IMG/VR virus record: IMGVR_UViG_3300045988_126562 | Reading direction: 5' to 3' (one strand) | DNA length: 64,000 nucleotides | Source: a virus | Shown: positions 47,493 through 54,811 of the stretch, in pieces | Layout: every line of letters starts with the position of its first letter | Position numbering within the stretch: the stretch's first letter is position 1 | Translations under genes and position numbers: made by a program | The notes under the pieces: generated by a model | Told to the model about the DNA's origin: nothing | Databases searched by the model: none | The model's input: only the letters and a program-made list of their open reading frames with translations

Positions 47493-48158
47493 TTATTTTC
47501 TACCTAGTCCATTGTAAAAATCCAATATAGCATTTTCCTTACGGAGCCATGACGCTTCTTCCTTTGCCATATCAGATATAGTTCTGGAAATTGATTCCTC
47601 TTCTACTTGTTCTTTTACAAGTCTTCCTTCTTCCTCACTTTCTCCATTTAACCACTGAAAGGTAGCCCAATCAGCTTCTTTCAGAGCTTGGTCTACAATT
47701 TTGTTTATAGACATTGTAGTTTCTATTTCCCTATCTACTGTAGCCTCAAAAGGCATTATTCTGTCTTTTATATCTACATTAATAGGTGGAACAGGAGGAT
47801 ACTGAAATACAGCATCATTATCAGTTAAATATTTATATATCCATTCATGATGCAAATATTCCTCTTTAGCTCTGCCTATCCAATATATTTCTAATTTGGG
47901 TAAGCCTTCTACTGCAAAATAGTTAGCAAATGTTCTATACAGGCTATGATTAGCTAATTCTGCGGACATTTGTTTTACTAGCATTTCTATCATAGGAGTA
48001 CTTAATGTGCACTCTCTTCTAGACTTATCTATAATTTTGTTAGTGTAAGTCATAGTAGGTTCAGCTGCAACCGTCATTACTCCTTTATTTGGTGTGTCAA
48101 CCTGTATTGGATTTCCTCTTTCGTCTAGTTTTCTCATTAGTATATTCTGTAAAACCAT
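47493..48158 (-). CDS. Ferritin-like protein
   Basis: ELANHSLYRTFANYF...AKEEYLHHEWIYKYL...EIETTMSINKI...DWATFQWL follows the ferritin four-helix di-iron pattern. The true start is probably an internal Met. Confidence 0.6.
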   Translation of the reverse strand: MVLQNILMRKLDERGNPIQVDTPNKGVMTVAAEPTMTYTNKIIDKSRRECTLSTPMIEMLVKQMSAELANHSLYRTFANYFAVEGLPKLEIYWIGRAKEEYLHHEWIYKYLTDNDAVFQYPPVPPINVDIKDRIMPFEATVDREIETTMSINKIVDQALKEADWATFQWLNGESEEEGRLVKEQVEEESISRTISDMAKEEASWLRKENAILDFYNGLGRK

Positions 48159-48405
48159 TTGATATTAAATAATCTAGTGGAGCTTCTAACCAAGTAACAT
48201 ACTTAGATAAAATAAATCCATCCATTTTACAAAACTGAGGACTCTTATACTTTACAGGTTTGATAGCCGAAAAAAATCGGCTATCTACTATTTCAGACCT
48301 ATCTTTATAGTCTTTATACAGTGTAACTTCGTATAGAAATCGAGGTCCCACCTTTAACACGAGGTCTCCAGTAGGGGATTTCATTAGGTTGGTAGGTTCT
48401 TCCAT
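48097..48405 (-). CDS. Hypothetical protein (overlaps both neighbours)
   Basis: 102-aa ORF; extent uncertain. Confidence 0.3.
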   Translation of the reverse strand: MEEPTNLMKSPTGDLVLKVGPRFLYEVTLYKDYKDRSEIVDSRFFSAIKPVKYKSPQFCKMDGFILSKYVTWLEAPLDYLISNGFTEYTNEKTRRKRKSNTG

Positions 48406-48751
48406 TCCATTGATATTTCAGTAATTTTCTGTTTGGATCTCTTTTTATCCGTAGCAGAATATCTGGAATATCAGCCTGATTGCACTGTATAGATTTGGTA
48501 TTTTCTCCATATACATAAACAATCAATTTACTGTAAACAGGAATGACTGGCTTTTCCCTAGAAGCCCACTTTTGGTTGTAAAACCCTCTTCCCTCTCTAC
48601 GACGAAGTTTTTTTAATTCACGTTTTTCCTCAGCCGTTTTGCTGAAATCACAAATCACTCTATTTTTAGGATGTAATCCTAAATCAATCATTAATTGCTG
48701 ATCATGTACATTTACTGGATCAAGCTCCTTTTTCTTCTGCTGTTTAGCCAT
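48314..48751 (-). CDS. Hypothetical basic protein
   Basis: 145-aa ORF, Lys/Arg-rich. Confidence 0.4.
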   Translation of the reverse strand: MAKQQKKKELDPVNVHDQQLMIDLGLHPKNRVICDFSKTAEEKRELKKLRRREGRGFYNQKWASREKPVIPVYSKLIVYVYGENTKSIQCNQADIPDILLRIKRDPNRKLLKYQWNGRTYQPNEIPYWRPRVKGGTSISIRSYTV

Positions 48752-48782
48752 AATTAATCTAAAATATTAAACAGTTAATAAG

Positions 48783-48868
48783 CTCGGACGGTAGGATTCG
48801 AACCTACGTGAGAGTTTCCTCTCGGCAGTTTTGGAGACTGCTGGCATTAACCACTCGCCCACGGCCGA
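48783..48868 (-). tRNA. Type-II (long variable arm) tRNA with anticodon CCA
   Basis: Hand fold: Ser-type D arm GGC-GAGUGGUUAAU-GCC, anticodon stem GCAGU/ACUGC, loop CUCCAAA, 17-nt variable arm, T arm GUAGG-UUCGAAU-CCUAC and discriminator G. One C-U mismatch in the acceptor stem. Confidence 0.6.
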
Positions 48869-48870
48869 AT

Positions 48871-49143
48871 TTAATCTTCCACCATTTTTTTCAATTCTTC
48901 CACTGCATTTTTATATTCTTTTATATATTCTTTCAATGTAGTAACATCTCCAGTTTTTTTACAAGCTCTATAGTGAGCTATATACTTTAATGCAGTTTCC
49001 AAAGGGATACCGTAACTAGGTTTTCCCATTTCCTCTCTTTCATTTGACTTTCCTTTGTTTACTTTAACAAGTAATTGTAAATCAAAGAAATGTCCTGTGT
49101 CACTAGTAGATTCTAGTATAAAGTCTGATTCTTCTATTCTCAT
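48871..49143 (-). CDS. Hypothetical protein
   Basis: 90-aa ORF between two tRNA genes. Confidence 0.4.
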   Translation of the reverse strand: MRIEESDFILESTSDTGHFFDLQLLVKVNKGKSNEREEMGKPSYGIPLETALKYIAHYRACKKTGDVTTLKEYIKEYKNAVEELKKMVED

Positions 49144-49159
49144 ACTTTTAAGTTATTTG

Positions 49160-49232
49160 AGTCCGGGATGGGACTTGAACCCATGATGCAGGTTTTGCAG
49201 ACCTGTGCCTTAACCAACTTGGCGACCCGAAC
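49160..49232 (-). tRNA. tRNA-Cys (GCA)
   Basis: Cloverleaf GUUCGGG/CCCGGAC, anticodon loop CUGCAAA, T loop UUCAAGU, discriminator U. Confidence 0.85.
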
Positions 49233-49267
49233 AAAAGGAGATTGATTTAACAATCTCCAACTAATTT

Positions 49268-50470
49268 TTATTGTTTCATTTTCTTAGCTACATCCATTAG
49301 CATATTCAAACCAACTGCATCCATTGCACTACCGCTTCCAGAATTGTTACCATTCATCATAATTTCTGGAACCCAACGTACATTAGATTTGCTAAGAGCC
49401 TCTGCTACACCTACAGTAGTTTTATATTGCCACTCAGCTGCTTCCTGAGGAGTTAAACCAGCCTGTACTTTAAGACGATTAGCTTCAGCCTCAGCTTTAC
49501 CTTCCTCAATAATTTTCTTAGCTTTTTCAGCTGCTTCTTTTGCTTGTAATTGAGCTACCTCAAATGCTTGCTGAGCTTTTGTCACCTCTACAGCCTTAAT
49601 TTTTTCCTGCTCCCACTTTGCAGATTCTGCGGCTGCTTTACCTTCCTCTGTAATTTGAATTGTACGCTGTACTGCCTCAGCTGCTTTAGCTTTAGCTGTT
49701 ACAATACTCATATCTGCTTCACGCTGTTTAGAAATCTGATCCAGAGTTGCTTTTTCATATTTCAAATCAGCAATAGATACTTGAGCTACACGTAATCCAT
49801 AGAAAGTAAATGGGCTTTCCTCCTGGCGTTTCAAACCATTTAAAGCAGTAGAATCAGATACTGTTTCTGCTACTTTAGTAATTTGTGTTTCATTAGTTAG
49901 AGGATTAATAGTCTCAATTTCTCTAATTGTAGTTTTATAAATACCGGAATTAAGTTGATCTGTAATATACTGATACAAATCGGTTCTTTTCTCACTAACT
50001 GACTCCAATGAACTCATCAAAGGACCACAAGCAATAATAACCTTTCCGATAGTAGGTTTAATTAAGTCGTTTACCAAACGATCCATTGAACCATAATGAA
50101 TTTGGATTCTTTCCAAATATTTAGGTTCAGTAGGCAACTCAATTCTAAGAGAGCCTAAAACATAACCCTTACCCTTGTCATTGTAAGTGATAGGCATTGC
50201 AGGACTTTCTGCATCATCAGGAATGAACAAATTACCGTTCCCATCTTCTGAAATTTGATTGAACCAAATTTGAGAAGTCTTGTCATAAATAGTTACCGTT
50301 CCCATCTTCTGAAATTGGAATCCCCCATTTGTCCAATATTCTAAAGTTCCAGTAAACGGAATTTGATTGATTCCAATTTGTTTCTTATCCATGTCTTCTC
50401 CTAATTTTGGAATCATACATAAAAATGCGAAAACTACTACTGCAATAAGTGCCAATACACCTTTTCTCAT
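49268..50470 (-). CDS. SPFH/band-7 (prohibitin/flotillin-like) membrane protein
   Basis: N-terminal TM, SPFH-like core, then a long Ala/Glu/Lys coiled coil (AKAKAAEAVQR...AEKAKKIIEEGKAEAEA). Confidence 0.65.
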   Translation of the reverse strand: MRKGVLALIAVVVFAFLCMIPKLGEDMDKKQIGINQIPFTGTLEYWTNGGFQFQKMGTVTIYDKTSQIWFNQISEDGNGNLFIPDDAESPAMPITYNDKGKGYVLGSLRIELPTEPKYLERIQIHYGSMDRLVNDLIKPTIGKVIIACGPLMSSLESVSEKRTDLYQYITDQLNSGIYKTTIREIETINPLTNETQITKVAETVSDSTALNGLKRQEESPFTFYGLRVAQVSIADLKYEKATLDQISKQREADMSIVTAKAKAAEAVQRTIQITEEGKAAAESAKWEQEKIKAVEVTKAQQAFEVAQLQAKEAAEKAKKIIEEGKAEAEANRLKVQAGLTPQEAAEWQYKTTVGVAEALSKSNVRWVPEIMMNGNNSGSGSAMDAVGLNMLMDVAKKMKQ

Positions 50471-50504
50471 AAATCTTAATGTTTTAAAAAGTTATAAAAA
50501 ATAT

Positions 50505-50663
50505 TTATTCAAAAATTACATAATAAAAGGGAATAATAATCCTTCTAAGCTTATATTCTCTATTGGAAATTCTAGGAACTACCCCTCCCATTGATAAAAA
50601 TAACCATACATAATAAATGACTAGTAAAGCCATTAGAAATGGCATTAGAAACTTAAAAATCAT
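50505..50663 (-). CDS. Small membrane protein (52 aa; below track cutoff)
   Basis: Manual translation MIFKFLMPFLMALLVIYYVWLFLSMGGVVPRISNREYKLRRIIIPFYYVIFE. Its ATG overlaps the upstream TGA. Confidence 0.3.
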   Translation of the reverse strand: MIFKFLMPFLMALLVIYYVWLFLSMGGVVPRISNREYKLRRIIIPFYYVIFE

Positions 50664-50947
50664 AGTAATAATAATTCTATATCATTAATTTTTTCTGAAA
50701 TCATTTTACTATACCAATATTCCTTGGCTTTCTTTAATTCTTCTTGTGTTGTAAGATTACCAAAAATGCAATCTCTACAATACATTCCGCTACATGGAGA
50801 AGAATGCCTATTATTTTCATAGGCTACACTATAGTCAGACTCACCATCAGATTTTAGATTACATCTGACTCCTGTTGTATTGAGAAATTTATATTTTCTT
50901 CTAACTTCTTCAATTACTAATCTTGGACGTCTGTATTCTCTTTCCAT
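50660..50947 (-). CDS. Hypothetical protein
   Basis: 95-aa ORF in a co-oriented array. Confidence 0.4.
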   Translation of the reverse strand: MEREYRRPRLVIEEVRRKYKFLNTTGVRCNLKSDGESDYSVAYENNRHSSPCSGMYCRDCIFGNLTTQEELKKAKEYWYSKMISEKINDIELLLL

Positions 50948-51371
50948 ATCTTTTTTCTATTGATTTAACTTTAGCTATATAATTTGGATCCTCTGCATAT
51001 CCTATTCTTTTTAAAAATGCGTAATAGTCTCCTTTTTGATACTTATATTGTACCTTATTTTTATAGGCTTTTACACTAGATTGCCAAGTGTCAAAACGAT
51101 AATATCTCTTATTTCTAGAGTCATATAAACCGAATAGATTATTATGCTTAGTACACCCATCCGACTTATAATGACCAGTTTCTAAGATTGACTGAGCTAC
51201 TACTACATGTGCATGTTGTAATCCATAGTACCTAGCGCATTGATACACTAACTCAGGAGTGGGATTCTTAGCTGTCATAAACTCAGGAACTTTATGTTCC
51301 ATTCTTTTACTATTAGATTGTAAACTGAACATACAAACACATAGTAAAATAGTGAATAAAATTTTCCTCAT
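50910..51371 (-). CDS. Secreted N-acetylglucosaminidase-type peptidoglycan hydrolase
   Basis: Signal peptide MRKILFTILLCVCMFSLQS and an AQSILETGHYKS...NNLFGL motif typical of the glucosaminidase (LytD/FlgJ) domain. Confidence 0.65.
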   Translation of the reverse strand: MRKILFTILLCVCMFSLQSNSKRMEHKVPEFMTAKNPTPELVYQCARYYGLQHAHVVVAQSILETGHYKSDGCTKHNNLFGLYDSRNKRYYRFDTWQSSVKAYKNKVQYKYQKGDYYAFLKRIGYAEDPNYIAKVKSIEKRYGKRIQTSKISN

Positions 51372-51396
51372 TTTATTTAAGTTAAGTTATATATAG

Positions 51397-51468
51397 TGAT
51401 CCTATCAGGAATCGAACCTGAATTTAAAGTTTAGGAAACTTTTGTTCTATCCATTGAACTATAGGACC
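51397..51468 (-). tRNA. tRNA-Arg (CCU)
   Basis: Cloverleaf GGUCCUA/UAGGAUC, anticodon loop UUCCUAA, T loop UUCGAUU. Confidence 0.85.
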
Positions 51469-51474
51469 AATAAG

Positions 51475-51546
51475 TACCCCAACCAGGAATCGAACCTGGA
51501 CTGATTGCTTAGAAGGCAATTGTTCTATCCATTGAACTATTGGGGC
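51475..51546 (-). tRNA. tRNA-Arg (UCU)
   Basis: Cloverleaf GCCCCAA/UUGGGGU, anticodon loop CUUCUAA. Its D and T arms are nearly identical to the adjacent tRNA-Arg(CCU), suggesting a tandem duplicate. Confidence 0.85.
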
Positions 51547-51912
51547 ATTATATAACACAGAATTGCTACACTAATTTTACTTAGTCCCTGTAGATCTAAT
51601 TGCTAGCATAGGTGCTCTACAGATGTATCTCATTCGATTTATCCGGCCGGATTTACGAACTCTTGAATTGTAAGGTGGGTTTCCTCCCACGCTTCCGTGT
51701 TATAAAAAATAAGTAATTACCTAAGATCTCTAACAGATTAATACACTTGCTGTTAAAGATTACCTTAACCACCTCTACGCTTCCGTACCTTCACACCAGT
51801 GTATTGGTGTGGAAGCCTACCTCATTACTTTATTATATCTGCTTTCACGTATCAGACTAGTTCCTTCTTCTTGAAATCACGCTGAGATTCCACCCCAGAT
51901 GCCGGCTCGGAG
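51547..51912 (-). ncRNA. Candidate structured ncRNA of unknown class inside the tRNA operon
   Basis: ~365 nt with no ORF of 60 aa or more on either strand and visibly higher G+C than its surroundings. It has several hairpins (GUGGG-AGGAAA-CCCAC; CUUCCACACCA/UGGUGUGAAG; CUGUAGA/UCUACAG) and a duplicated ACGGAAGCGU element. Confidence 0.4.
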
Positions 51913-51984
51913 TGACCCCACAGGGATTCAAACCCTGATCGACGGATTAAGAGTCCGCAGCTCTAATCGTTGAGCTATGAGGTC
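51913..51984 (-). tRNA. tRNA-Lys (CUU)
   Basis: Cloverleaf GACCUCA/UGGGGUC, anticodon loop CUCUUAA, T loop UUUGAAU. Confidence 0.85.
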
Positions 51985-51990
51985 AATTAA

Positions 51991-52137
51991 TCACGTTTCC
52001 ATAAAGGTATATCGTGATCCTATAATTGCCAAAATACTTAGTATTACAGATTTGACAGTTAATTTTTTAAACACATAATATATTAAAGCAAGACATATTA
52101 AACAAACTGTCAAGCATCCTAAAAGATATGTTACCAT
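51991..52137 (-). CDS. Small membrane protein (48 aa; below track cutoff)
   Basis: Manual translation MVTYLLGCLTVCLICLALIYYVFKKLTVKSVILSILAIIGSRYTFMET. Confidence 0.25.
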   Translation of the reverse strand: MVTYLLGCLTVCLICLALIYYVFKKLTVKSVILSILAIIGSRYTFMET

Positions 52138-52159
52138 ATAAATTATATTTATTTATTTG

Positions 52160-52230
52160 TTGGGCTACTGCGATTCGAACGCAGAAATACAGAACCAAAA
52201 TCTGTTGTGTTACCATTACACTATAGCCCA
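52160..52230 (-). tRNA. tRNA-Gln (UUG)
   Basis: Cloverleaf UGGGCUA/UAGCCCA (U1-A72, as in bacterial tRNA-Gln), anticodon loop UUUUGGU. Confidence 0.85.
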
Positions 52231-52235
52231 AAATG

Positions 52236-52264
52236 GCAAGACTTATTTTTGAAATAAGTCCTGC
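52236..52264 (-). terminator. Hairpin (terminator or processing element) between the 52.3-53.7 kb operon and tRNA-Gln
   Basis: 9-bp stem GACUUAUUU/AAAUAAGUC with a 3-nt loop. On the minus strand it is followed by AUUUU, which runs into tRNA-Gln position 1. Confidence 0.35.
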
Positions 52265-52270
52265 TTTGTA

Positions 52271-52381
52271 TTATTTCTTTAACGATCCAGGTCTAGTAGT
52301 AGACGCTTGGTAATCCTTTGGTTGTTTATCCCACCAATCCTGTCTAGCTTTAAGCCTAGCTACTCTTTTCTTATATTTCAT
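52271..52381 (-). CDS. Small basic peptide (36 aa; below track cutoff)
   Basis: Manual translation MKYKKRVARLKARQDWWDKQPKDYQASTTRPGSLKK, with an ATGA overlap to the upstream gene. Confidence 0.25.
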   Translation of the reverse strand: MKYKKRVARLKARQDWWDKQPKDYQASTTRPGSLKK

Positions 52382-53688
52382 CGTACTGCAATTTTATAAG
52401 TTTTATTGTCTACAACTACAAAATAAACTCCAGAATGTACATTTAAATTTACTCTGTCAGAGTCTGATACTTTGTTATAAATAACTCTACCAACAGTATC
52501 TATTACTCTTATGGATTTCTTAGATACATTACTAACCAAAATATTGCCATTAGAACTGACTACAATGACTTCCTGTAAAGTTAATTCTTCATTAGAAGTA
52601 GGAAATTCAGATTTGAATGTAAATGAAGCCGTGATAGTAGTATCATTAGCTACCACTAAACAGTTATACACCCCATCCATATCTGGCTTTACATATTCCG
52701 AAATAGTTAGTACATTTTTATTTGATTTTACTCCTTCTGGGAGAGTTTTCCCATCTTTGTTCCAAGTATAAGTAATTTTAGTAGGATTCAACGTTTCCAG
52801 TATATTCGTTTCTACTTTTAAGGAGACAGAATCATGATTAAATACTTCTACTTCCAAATCTTTAATGTTAGGATTTTCTACAGTAATAGTTTTACCATTA
52901 CTAGAAGTAGAGTAAATTGTATTGGTTACATCGAATTTAGGATAAACTTCTAGTGTCTTAGTCCAAGTAAAAGGATACTCTCCAGTTTTATTTAAAACCA
53001 CCAAATTAATATCTTCAATAGTTTCATCTGGAATCAATTCAAAGTATCCAGAATCAGATTGTGCTATAATTTCATCATTTGATGATAACATATATTTTTG
53101 GATATCCAAGTCATTAACTGCTTTTACTGTAAATTTCGCAGTATCTCCAGAAGTCAATTTGATAACGTTGTCATCCATTCCATTTACTTGGAATGAACTA
53201 ACTAAGTCAGTAGGATTAGAAACCTTATTTAAATCCTTTAATATATGTAACGTAGCTACAGTATCACAAGTAAATCCATCAAATTCATTCCTACTATAAA
53301 AAGTTCCATATTCATCAGTAACGGATTTAGTTTCAATTTTATGAGTATAAAATAATTCTATGGTTCTAATATTCTGCCACGGATTCCATACATCAGGAAT
53401 TTCTTCCATATGTAGTAGTTTAGTTCCATCATCTAGTGTTGTAATAGCCTCTTTAGGTACTTTTTGAGCACATACTACATGCTTTCCTTGAGATTGGAAA
53501 TCTACTTCTAAATCACCAAATCCACAATACCAATTAACTTCTACATCTTTTAGATATGGATACTTCTCCGTATCTACCTTCAATTCATAATTGCCAGGTT
53601 TTCCTGGTTCAAACAACACCGTGTCTACCTGTGCATACGACATTGCAGTCATAAAGACTGCTACTAACATAAGTAAAAACTTCTTCAT
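52378..53688 (-). CDS. Secreted Ig-like-repeat protein with T9SS-type C-terminal sorting domain
   Basis: Signal peptide MKKFLLMLVAVFMTAMSYAQ. The C-terminus ...IRVIDTVGRVIYNKVSDSDRVNLNVHSGVYFVVVDNKTYKIAVR matches the Por/T9SS CTD pattern. Confidence 0.6.
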   Translation of the reverse strand: MKKFLLMLVAVFMTAMSYAQVDTVLFEPGKPGNYELKVDTEKYPYLKDVEVNWYCGFGDLEVDFQSQGKHVVCAQKVPKEAITTLDDGTKLLHMEEIPDVWNPWQNIRTIELFYTHKIETKSVTDEYGTFYSRNEFDGFTCDTVATLHILKDLNKVSNPTDLVSSFQVNGMDDNVIKLTSGDTAKFTVKAVNDLDIQKYMLSSNDEIIAQSDSGYFELIPDETIEDINLVVLNKTGEYPFTWTKTLEVYPKFDVTNTIYSTSSNGKTITVENPNIKDLEVEVFNHDSVSLKVETNILETLNPTKITYTWNKDGKTLPEGVKSNKNVLTISEYVKPDMDGVYNCLVVANDTTITASFTFKSEFPTSNEELTLQEVIVVSSNGNILVSNVSKKSIRVIDTVGRVIYNKVSDSDRVNLNVHSGVYFVVVDNKTYKIAVR

Positions 53689-53709
53689 TTAAAATAATTT
53701 AATTAAACC

Positions 53710-54204
53710 TTATTTTCTAATAAATTCCAATAATTTCTTTAAGCTGTCAGATATTTTATTCTCTATAGAATTAATTTGAAATATTACTTCTACATCTACT
53801 AAATATTCTGACGAGTAAGAATCTCCTAAACCAGTAGTACCTTCTAAATATCTAGTTCCTTTGGGAATTATACTTTTTACTACTCTAATATTCTGTCTAA
53901 CATTAGGATGAGGATGTGCAATAACTTGGCTATTACTCAAAATCATCATAATTATACTATCGATATTAGAATAAGTGTGTATTCCATCCCTAGTCTCCAT
54001 TTTATCATTTACATGAATGCCTAAAATATTAAAAGGTTCATTAGATTGCCTCTTTTCCCCTATTCGAGGAGCTTTAACATTTCTAATGGGAGTTACCCAT
54101 CTTCCATCATATCTTTCAATATAGAGTTTATAACACTCTACGTCTTCCTCTGATACTTTGAAAGTATCTTCTGTAAAAGACTCTGCTTTAATCTTTAAAC
54201 ACAT
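53710..54204 (-). CDS. Hypothetical protein
   Basis: 164-aa ORF. No motif recognised. Confidence 0.4.
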   Translation of the reverse strand: MCLKIKAESFTEDTFKVSEEDVECYKLYIERYDGRWVTPIRNVKAPRIGEKRQSNEPFNILGIHVNDKMETRDGIHTYSNIDSIIMMILSNSQVIAHPHPNVRQNIRVVKSIIPKGTRYLEGTTGLGDSYSSEYLVDVEVIFQINSIENKISDSLKKLLEFIRK

Positions 54205-54263
54205 AGTTTTATCTAGTTAATAATTAGTGGAGGAGGTGGGAGTCGAACCCACATCTCTGGATT

Positions 54264-54734
54264 TCAATAATGTGATGCGTTCTTACCAGAAAAAGTATCG
54301 GTTTGGGAATGACAATTAGGACATAGTAATCTAAGGTTTTCTATTCTATTATCCTTATTATTTCCATTAATATGGTCTAATTGTAATGATAGAGGCTTTT
54401 CTTGCCACTCATTAATACCACATATACTACACTTGTATTCTAGTAAATTAGATTCCAATAGCCTCTTCTTTAGAGAAGTGTTATTGGTGTAAGTAGAATC
54501 TTCTACTAGAATATCTTCTAAGGACTTATACCTTTCAGGTGAGTGATTTTTAGCATATCTATTAAAGTGGGATGTATCTATATCTAGCTCTCCTATCTTA
54601 TCTTTAATTAGTTTAGTAACTCCGCCTCCCTTTGACCTATAACCAAGCTTAAAAGCTATTTCGGAAACTGTCTCAGATTCTTTAACTATATTACTAAACT
54701 CTTCATCACTAAATTTACTTATTAAAGTTCCCAT
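54264..54734 (-). CDS. HNH homing endonuclease (paralogue of 60624..61130)
   Basis: Contains CSICG...HINGNNKDNRIENLRLLCPNCH. Start moved to MGTLISKF, because the track N-terminus is a read-through of tRNA-Phe. The stop TGA abuts the 3' tRNA half. Confidence 0.75.
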   Translation of the reverse strand: MGTLISKFSDEEFSNIVKESETVSEIAFKLGYRSKGGGVTKLIKDKIGELDIDTSHFNRYAKNHSPERYKSLEDILVEDSTYTNNTSLKKRLLESNLLEYKCSICGINEWQEKPLSLQLDHINGNNKDNRIENLRLLCPNCHSQTDTFSGKNASHY

Positions 54735-54739
54735 ATAGG

Positions 54740-54811
54740 TGGGACAGGAGGGAATTGAACCCCCAACGCCAGGTTCTTCAAACCTGCGCTCTACCATTGA
54801 GCTACTGTCCC
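54740..54811 (-). tRNA. tRNA-Phe (GAA), nested inside the split tRNA
   Basis: Cloverleaf GGGACAG/CUGUCCC, D arm GCUC-AAUGGUA-GAGC, anticodon loop UUGAAGA, T loop UUCAAUU. Confidence 0.85.

Noticed and set aside
1-48700. Stop-codon recoding operating inside this window
   Set aside because: Long ORFs with intact catalytic motifs are uninterrupted under the standard code, and TAA, TGA and TAG are all seen as terminators. Where I checked read-through of TAG (at 12648), it would add only a few residues. Any recoding implied by the CUA tRNA must act elsewhere.
51547-51912. Calling the 365-nt segment RNase P RNA, SRP RNA, 6S RNA, a second tmRNA or a group I intron
   Set aside because: It has none of the signatures I can check by eye: GGAAAGUCC and ACAGAA-type RNase P elements, the SRP GGAA/AGCA domain IV motif, tRNA-like paired termini, and R/S group I boxes. 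Kept as an unclassified ncRNA candidate.
54735-54797. N-terminal 21 residues of track ORF 54264-54797 (MVERRFEEPGVGGSIPSCPTY)
   Set aside because: This stretch is a translation across the tRNA-Phe gene. The HNH protein most plausibly starts at Met22 (54734).
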